In this document: in pieces, positions 1-6,363 of the stretch
Numbering within the stretch: the stretch's first letter is position 1
Layout: the number at the start of each line of letters is the position of its first letter
NCBI GenBank assembly: GCA_043228905.1
Contig: JBHGNT010001150.1
Coordinates: 1-11,515 of the forward strand
Origin: Azolla caroliniana
Taxonomy: Eukaryota > Plantae > Polypodiophyta
Reading direction: 5' to 3'
DNA: 11,515 nucleotides
Program-made: the position numbers and the translations under genes
The notes under the pieces: model-generated
What the model was told of the DNA's origin: nothing
Databases searched by the model: none
The model's input: the letters and a program-made list of their open reading frames with translations, nothing else

Positions 1-608
1 GCCTTGGACCGAGGAGTAACCGAATGAGAAGAAGGGGAAGGAAACCACCAATGTGCTTCACACGCGCGCAAACACACAGATTCCCAGGAGTTGAATAATG
101 GAGATAGAACGAATGTATATGTATATATAAACCGAGGAGTTACAACTGGCAAGCCGGCTAGTGATAGGCTCTAACGCTTGCACACACACGCACAGAACGC
201 GAGATGGAGACTCTACCGGAAGCACTCGGGCGTTCCGCGGAGCAGAGTCAGCCTCCCGAAAACCTGCACAAAACGACTATCGAGAAGACAGAGGAGAAGA
301 GATCGCTTCCAGTCCAACAGCAGTTCGTTCTCTACAAAGCACGATCCCCTTTTTCCTCACACCTCTCCCTCTCTTTTATAGCGCAAGGAGGGAGGCCGTT
401 ACCACCCGTTACATCATGTTTATTGCCTGTCCGTTTGGACAGGGATACGCCTCGATTTTCTCCCTAATGAATGCGTGCTACCTAGGATTTCACCTCAGCC
501 GACTTGTACCTATCTATGTACTATACAACAAAACTTGTGTCTACGTGTAAGGGCCGGTTTACGCACGTTATACCCGGTTTCCGCCTAGCGACGGTTTTCT
601 CCACGACA
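1..608 (-). mobile_element. LTR (5' LTR or solo LTR) of a probable Ty3/Gypsy element; runs off the left edge of the window
   Basis: Minus strand begins TGTCGTGGAGAAAACC at 608, with a TATAAAA at 380-374 and downstream (GT)n/(TA)n tracts typical of R/U5. No PPT precedes 608 on the minus strand, so it is not a 3' LTR. No coding homology is recognisable. The superfamily call is inferred. Confidence 0.65.
374..380 (-). promoter_or_regulatory. Putative TATA box of the left LTR
   Basis: Minus strand reads cgcTATAAAAgag, about 230 bp inside the LTR 5' end. Confidence 0.45.
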
Positions 609-619
609 ACGTGCGGTTT

Positions 620-631
620 GGTGGGGGTGGA
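620..631 (+). other. PPT-like G-rich tract
   Basis: ggtgggggtgga lies immediately before TGTCGTGAAG at 632. Confidence 0.5.
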
Positions 632-960
632 TGTCGTGAAGATTTTCGGCAATGGTGTGAAAATCACATAAAACGTACGAAATCGAGTGCAATTCATATA
701 AAATAATAATATTGAAGATACTAATTTAAAGTAAGTTTAATATCTTAATACAAAAAGATAGAGGTCTTGAAGAGCTTTCGGATGCACTTTATTATATAAG
801 AAACGGACATCTAAGTGTCAACTTATGTGGGTAGGAAGTTCGCAAAGACAAAGAGAAAAATAAAATTGTGAGATATCCCACATAGACAGGAAATAAGGAT
901 CTCACCATATATAACGTAGAGCAAAAGCTATTATCTTTGTGTCTATGTGTGGAGCATAGA
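632..960 (+). mobile_element. Truncated 3' LTR of a second probable Gypsy element
   Basis: Starts TGTCGTG (same 7 nt as the LTR at 608) right after a G-rich tract. It has an AT-rich U3 and TATATAA at 908-914. It is cut off about 45 bp after the TATA, where Copia integrase codons begin at 961. No matching CACGACA terminus is present. Confidence 0.55.
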
Positions 961-3156
961 GAGCTGTATTTCGGGTGGAAGCCAAATTTGTGACACCTTC
1001 GGATATTCAGTAGCATAGCATATGTGCATGTATCGAATGAGAAGCGGCTAGTGAACCCGGAGAGGTTCAAGTAGAAGATGAGGAATTTTGTACTCTAGAA
1101 GAGAGTCTGATCGCATTTCGGCTGAGCAGGCCAAATGATGGACTGAGTCGGAATGACCAGTCGGATGAAGAACCGATGAGTAGTGGAGACTCTGTCGTAC
1201 TCTCCCTGCGCAAGGAATCGAGGAGATGGTTCACACGCAAAGTGAAGTGGAAGAAGAAGATGTTGGGATATGACACCGGTAGTGAAGGGTGAGATCGGAG
1301 TGAATCTGACATTGGAAAGGATGAAGGCGGACCTTTAGAAACGAAGTCCAAACCGACCAAGGAGGGCCTCAAACCGGCTGCCTCAAACTATACCGGTCAA
1401 CCCGCCAAAAGATCCCCGTAAAACGGTATAGACACAATGAGTACACGACGCATCACTATGCGTACATGACCAAGGTGGCGGAAGTGCGTGAGCCGAAGAG
1501 CTATGTAGAAGCAGCGAAAGACGCAAATTGGCGCGCTGCTATGGAGGAAGAAATGCAGGCACTCGATGTCAACGACACATGAGATCTAATTGACCCTCCC
1601 CGTCATTGTAAACAAATTGGTTGTAAGTCGGTATATAAGGTAAACTACAATGCCGACGGTTTGGTCAACCGGTACAAGGCCCGGTTAGTGACGAAAGGAT
1701 ACACATAGACCCACGGAATCGACTACGACGAGACCTTCGCTCCGGTAGCGAAGATGACGACGGTTCGTGTGGTATTGGCTGTTGCTATGGCAAGGGGATG
1801 GCATCTTCACCAAATGAACGTGAAGAATGTGTTTCTTCAAGGTGACCTTGAAGAACGGGTCTATATGAACCAACCCCCCGATTTTCAATCGAAGTTGAAT
1901 AGGTCGTCGGTGTGCCGACTCAAAAAGTCACTTATTGGTCCAAAGCAAGGCCCCCGAGCTTGGAATGCAAAAATCACGCATCGGTTGCATAAGATGCGGT
2001 TTGTGGCCTCAAAGTCTGACTCTTTACTGTTCATCCGGAAAGGTCTGGATGGTCCGGTTAGTATCCTACTATATGTAGATGATCTAGTCATCACTAGACC
2101 AAGACTCGATGAAATCGGCCGAGTGATGTCCCAATTGTTGGAAGCATTTGAAATGAAGGACTTGGGGGACCTTCATTATTTTCTTGGGATCGAGGTGATC
2201 TGGACCCCCAATGGAATATTTCTCTTACAATGCCATGATGTGTTGAATATGTTGTACAAGTTCGGCATGACGGAATGTCGATCGATCTCCACACCCCTAG
2301 ACCGGAACCTGAAGCTATGTCCCGACTCCGGACCGGCATGCAATGAGAAACGGTTCTGACAAAATTGTCAGAAGCCTTATCTACTTGATAATCACCCGAC
2401 CCGACATTAATTATTCGATTGTAGTGATCAACCAGTTTATGCACAAGCCAACTATGGAGCATCTTCACCAAGCTGCTCAGATCAGACAAGTTGCAGCACT
2501 TTTCAGAGATGCTCGGCATTCAACATCTCGATGTGCTGCACTTAAGGGGGAGAATGGGAACCGAAACGGGTAATGGCACCGGACAAGGAGCCAAAGAGAA
2601 AGAGGAATGAGCCAAGACAGGGGGAGATAAGAAGAAAAAGGAAGTTGAGTCGACTAGAAAAGTTGATATATCCGAGCAAGTCGGAATAAGCGGCGGCGGC
2701 GGAAAACTCAGAAAGGACACAACCAACCGGAAGGAGAATACCAAGACCCGGACATGGTCCAATGTTGTGAAAGGCTTGAAAACGGAAGACGAGCTGGAGA
2801 CTACCAACACGGACAAGAGCTGGAATGAATTGTAGACAACCGATTTGATTCAACAGTTGGATTCGGATGATTCGGATCAACTAAAGGTTAAGCGAATGAC
2901 AACGCAGCGGAAGTCAATGCCAACACGGAGGAACCGGCCAGTCGACAAGCGCCGGAGTCATGACGGCGAGGAAGCTGAGAAGGGCCTATTGCGTAGACAT
3001 GTCGACCAAGAAGGTCGAGGAGTGCAAAACTGAACGGGTCGTGGAAGGAAGAACCAGACCGGACGAGGAGGGCAAGCAAGGCGGGAGGACGCCAGAAGGA
3101 GTCGGACGGAAGAACCGACTACCACAGAAACTTACTTGACCTCAAGTTCAGCTTGA
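961..3156 (+). pseudogene. pol: Copia pol pseudogene: integrase C-terminus, linker, RVT_2-type RT, RNase H C-terminal remnant and ~200-codon extension
   Basis: Motifs ELYFGWKPNL*HLRIFSSIAYVHV (961-), YKARLVTKGY, LHQMNVKNVFLQG, LKKSLIGPKQGPRAW, YVDD (2072-2083), DLGDLHYFLGIEV, TRPDI and IFTK...LRG (2461-2550). Stops at 991, 1580, 1706, 2608, 2833 and 3031. About 63 codons are deleted at ~1047 relative to A', and RNase H is deleted at ~2460. Confidence 0.93.
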
Positions 3157-3163
3157 GGGGGAG
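3155..3163 (+). other. Polypurine tract of Copia A
   Basis: ttGAGGGGGAG directly precedes TGTTGAG, the canonical Copia PPT/LTR junction. Confidence 0.9.
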
Positions 3164-3572
3164 TGTTGAGTGAGCAAGCTCAACCGGATCCAGATCGGTA
3201 TCCGGAACGGAGAACCAAATCGATGTTTGGATGATATCCGGAACCAAGAGTCGGATTGGAGAGCCGAATCGGATTGAAACTGGTAGGCCGTTAGAGGCCT
3301 ACGGATCCAGCCTAGTACGTAGGCATATTTTTGGGAGTTCGTGTCAATCGCTCGTATGAGCATTGAAGTACCTATCAGTCCTTTATGGACTTGTATAAAA
3401 GTGCTCTCTCAGCATATTCTATGTACACAGAGGAGTTTTATTTTTTAATTGAGTTTATGTTTTGCCATCTTTGTCGCTCCCGTGTAAGGTCTCCATTAAA
3501 CCTTCTTCTCTACATTCTGTTGGTATCTGGCTGAGCCGGTTTGTCATACGCTTCCACATATTAACTTTAACA
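3164..3572 (+). repeat. 3' LTR of Copia A (409 bp)
   Basis: TGTT...AACA termini. Homologous to 9267-8823 on the minus strand, sharing ggtaggccgtt, ggcctacggatc, agcctagtacgtaggcatatt and cttccacatattaac. Confidence 0.92.
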
Positions 3573-3665
3573 GTTCTCGACTAGGTCGGTCTTCGTCCGC
3601 ATTCACATTCGGTCAAATCGGGCTCGACCGATCGGTTTCGACCGAGTCGACTCTCTTTCAGGTCG
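3573..3665. other. Unassigned GC-rich spacer between two LTR termini (oldest visible layer)
   Basis: Bounded by ...AACA (3572) and TGTTAG (3666). It is CpG-rich and contains two 10-bp palindromes. Confidence 0.5.
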
Positions 3666-3943
3666 TGTTAGAATATTCATATTAGAAATAAGACGTTATT
3701 ATAAATAACAAGTATATCATAAATAAAGAAATAAGAATAACTAATGTAACCACCTATTAACGTGAGTTTTGTTCACTGTGACACAACTTTTGGTTACAAA
3801 GTTACATTCATGTGAGTTTTGATCACAATGAACATTCCCATTGTAAAATTCCCTATGATCTCTATTGCCTATAAAATGTAACATCTACCATGAATACAAT
3901 GTAATCTCTCTTTCTTCATAATCTTAAGTCATATGTATCAACT
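3666..3943 (+). repeat. 5' LTR of Copia B (~275 bp; 3' end at 3940 or 3943)
   Basis: Abrupt GC-to-AT switch at TGTTAGAATA (3666) and TATAAAA at 3870-3876. Ends ...gtatCA (3940) or ...tcaact (3943, decayed AACA), just before the gag ATG at 3968. Confidence 0.7.
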
Positions 3944-3967
3944 TGTTATCCTGAAAGATCTACGAAG

Positions 3968-5962
3968 ATGGAGTCTAACACAAGTCCAAAAAACAAAACG
4001 TCAATGACAGGAAAATACACCATGGAGAAACTCAACGACAAAAATTATAAAATGTGGAAATTAAGGATGATTATAATCCTCAAAAGCACACAATTAATCG
4101 ATATTGGTAAAGGTATAATACCAAAACCTTCAACCATCCCAGAATCAATAAAATGGAAAAATAAAGATTTAGATGCACGCATGGAATTAGTTATGCATCT
4201 AACCGATGAACAAATAGATTTAGTAAAAGATTTAGAAACATCAAAAGAAATATGTGATGCCTTGAAGGAATGCCACGAACCCTCAGACAGGACAACAAAG
4301 ATCAATAACTTAAGACACCTTGTCACATTGGAAATGGAAGAAAGTGAAGGAATTGATGCATTTATCAAGAAATGGCAATTAGCCCTTGATCAAACATTAT
4401 CGGCAGGTAATAAAATTGATGACGATATGAAATTCGATTTAATTTTGGGTGATTTACCAAATTCGTGGGACACCTTTGTCACCACACATGGAAATGATGA
4501 CATTTCGAACATGAAGAATATCTTCCTAAAAATGAAAAGAGAGGAGATTCAAAGAATTAAGGCAAGGCCAAACACAATGATGAATCAATGGCAATGACTA
4601 AGATTACAAGATTTCAAAAATCCAACTTCTCAAAGCCAAGATTTCAAAATTTTCAAAAATCATACAAGCCAAATCAACCATCAAAGCAAGGAGCACTCAA
4701 TGTTTCCACAATCATATTTAGATATTGCAACAAATTGGGACACATGGAAAGAGAATGTTGCTAGAAGCAATATGATCAAAGAAACAAAGGTAAAATGTTC
4801 AATGCCCAAGCACATTCTGCATTAATACCTAATGAAGAAGAAAACACATCCTTCATACAAGCATTCATGTAAGAAATACAAACTAACAAAATTCAAATGG
4901 AAAGATTATGGTACTTTGACAACGGAGCCACCCACCATTTCACCCATAGTCGAGAATGGTTACATAATTAAAATCGACTTCATCACCCACTTGAAGTATG
5001 CTTCGGAGATAATGGTACCAAGTTAGCTCTTGAAAAAGGTACAATTTATCTATCAATCAATAATAAATCCAAAATTACAATCTCGAATATTTACTTTGTC
5101 CCCGGTTTAGCAAAGAACTTACTATCTTTAAGTGAGGCTACATCAAATAGAACGATAATCGAATTTCATTACAATTGTTCTATAATTCGTTACAAGTTAC
5201 CCACTGGAGATATAATTAAAACAACATGTCCGAAGATTGGAAAACTATACGCATTAAAGATGATGGATCATTCGCCTATCGAAGCATATATAGCTTCATG
5301 CCATCAACAAGATGACCAAACATTGATATGGCACTATCGGCTAGGCCACCTACATCCAAAATCAATGAACACAATTCAAACACATAAACTTGTTGAAGGT
5401 ATACCAACTAAATCATTTCAATATTTATCTATTTGTGAATGATGTATTTACGACCAGAAAATTAGAAGAAAGTTCCCTCACCATATTCATCAAACCAAGA
5501 GGCCACTCCGAATCACCCATTCCGACTTATGCAAGCCGCTATAAACACCTTCAATAACTGGTAATCGATATTTTATTACCTTTATTGATGACTTCACAAG
5601 ATTCACTATAATTTACTTCATGAAGAGTAAAGCCGGTGCTTTCAATGCCTTCAAAACCTATAAAGCACTTGTTGAAAACCAATGTCAATCTCAAATTAAC
5701 ACAATTAGAACTGATAACGGTGGAGAATATTGTTCAACGGAATGGAAGACATTTTGTAAGACACAAGGAATAAGACATGAGTTTATAGCTTCATACAATC
5801 CACAACAAAATGGTGTGGTGGAGCGGAAGAATAGGACACTACTTGATGCAAGCCGGAGTATGCTTCAAGTCGCCGGTCTACACAACGGATTTTGGCAAGA
5901 GGCCATCTCTAGGATGTGTTATTTACAAAACAGATCTCCCCACAAGGTACTCACATTGAATA
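3968..5962 (+). pseudogene. gag-pol: Copia gag-pol pseudogene (Gag, Zn knuckle, aspartic protease, integrase)
   Basis: KLNDKNYKMWKLRM and LILGDLPNSWDTFV (Copia Gag); decayed CCHC knuckle FRYCNKLGHMEREC (4717-4758); protease WYFDNGATHH (4909-); WHYRLGH...CE*C; integrase HSDLC, FIDDFTR, IRTDNGGEY and QNGVVERKNRTL. There is a frameshift at ~4580 and several stops. Confidence 0.95.
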
Positions 5963-6118
5963 TGTCATGAACGACTAGACGAGGCTAAATACTAAGAGAG
6001 AGAGAGAGCATAGATAAGAGAGCAAGAAAGAGAGAGGAAATAGACAAAAGGGCGAGAACTGAATTATGCTTCCATAACTGGTGTTGTTCACCTTGATTTT
6101 AATCAAGTTGCACCCGAG

Positions 6119-6126
6119 TTTTTATA
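6119..6126 (-). promoter_or_regulatory. TATA box of the chromovirus LTR
   Basis: Minus strand reads tgTATAAAAActc, between U3 and the CT-rich region. Confidence 0.65.
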
Positions 6127-6155
6127 CATAATGTGGAGATATGCATGTAAGCTAG

Positions 6156-6209
6156 GAAACATCTAGAGAGTGCATGAAGATTCATTTTCTAGAAGTTTCT
6201 TGAAAGTTC
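6156..6209. promoter_or_regulatory. Heat-shock element (HSE) arrays in U3
   Basis: Perfect TTCtaGAAgtTTCttGAAagTTC at 6187-6209 (5 alternating nGAAn units), plus a degenerate GAAacaTCtaGAgagTgCatGAAgaTTC at 6156-6183. Confidence 0.75.
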
Positions 6210-6265
6210 TAGTGATTAACCTACAATTTAATAAGTTGAATCTTATACAATACAATAATGCATAG

Positions 6266-6337
6266 ATGGATGTAGCTCAACTAGTAAGGTTTCCCAATAA
6301 GACCAGGAGTTCATGGGTTCAACCCCCTACATTCCAT
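6266..6337 (+). ncRNA. tRNA-like (pseudo-tRNA / Pol III type-2 promoter) module inside the LTR, antisense to the element
   Basis: A-box-like TAGCTCAACTAGTA (6273-6286) and B-box GGTTCAACCCC (6316-6326), with U8-T54 distance 45 nt. Closing stem gatggatgtag/ctacattccatc. Stems are partly decayed, so this is not called a functional tRNA. Confidence 0.65.
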
Positions 6338-6350
6338 CGTGTCCATGACA

Positions 6351-6363
6351 TTATCCTCCCTTT
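6351..6363 (-). other. Polypurine tract of the chromovirus
   Basis: Minus strand reads AAAGGGAGGATAA, immediately followed by TGTCATG. It overlaps the pol stop codon. Confidence 0.9.

Larger units (their letters stand above)
961..3572 (+). mobile_element. Ty1/Copia LTR retrotransposon A, 3' portion, degenerate
   Basis: Domain order is INT, RT, RNase H remnant, PPT, LTR. It is collinear with copy A' at 8823-11384 on the opposite strand. Confidence 0.95.
3666..5962 (+). mobile_element. Ty1/Copia LTR retrotransposon B, 5' half, interrupted in integrase
   Basis: Order is LTR, gag, protease, GAG-pre-integrase, rve core. It is much more AT-rich than family A and is cut at 5962 by a Gypsy LTR terminus. 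Confidence 0.93.
5963..6350 (-). repeat. 3' LTR of the chromovirus (388 bp)
   Basis: Perfect 7-bp terminal inverted repeat TGTCATG (5963-5969) and CATGACA (6344-6350). It follows the PPT and has a (CT)n tract in R/U5 (~5995-6040). Confidence 0.95.

Noticed and set aside
33-52. Possible PBS (minus strand CA-t-TGGTGGTTTCC)
   Set aside because: Beyond TGG there is no complementarity to a tRNA acceptor or T-arm, and no CACGACA-like LTR end next to it.
8-143. Repeat accgaggagt(a/t)ac at 8 and 131 as an array or CRISPR-like unit
   Set aside because: There are only two short copies inside an LTR, with no regular array and a eukaryotic TE context.
161-550. Overlapping plus-strand ORFs of 67-129 aa
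   Set aside because: They lie antisense within an LTR-like region, include microsatellite translation (THTHRT) and show no recognisable domain.
1052-1069. Hairpin tgaacc-N6-ggttca ending in CA, first taken as the end of the 632 LTR
   Set aside because: 961-1070 translates as Copia integrase and linker (ELYFG...EKR / ASEPGEVQVEDEE) matching copy A', so the hairpin is coincidental.
991-3033. In-frame TGA/TAG codons as programmed read-through
   Set aside because: Most are single transitions from CGA, CAG or TGG, as expected from methylcytosine deamination, and several (991, 1580, 1706) are sense codons in copy A'.
2520-3079. Antisense ORFs over the Copia A extension (also 9139-9504) as an antisense gene
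   Set aside because: They are S/F/L/P-rich mirror translations of a purine-rich sense frame. Similarity between copies is evident in the sense frame.
3394-3400. TATAAAA in the Copia A LTR as its promoter
   Set aside because: It is not conserved at the equivalent position in the A' LTR, so it cannot be supported.
6266-6337. Functional tRNA-Leu(AAG) gene
   Set aside because: D, anticodon and T stems are partly unpaired and there is no long variable arm as expected for tRNA-Leu. It is kept only as a tRNA-like module.
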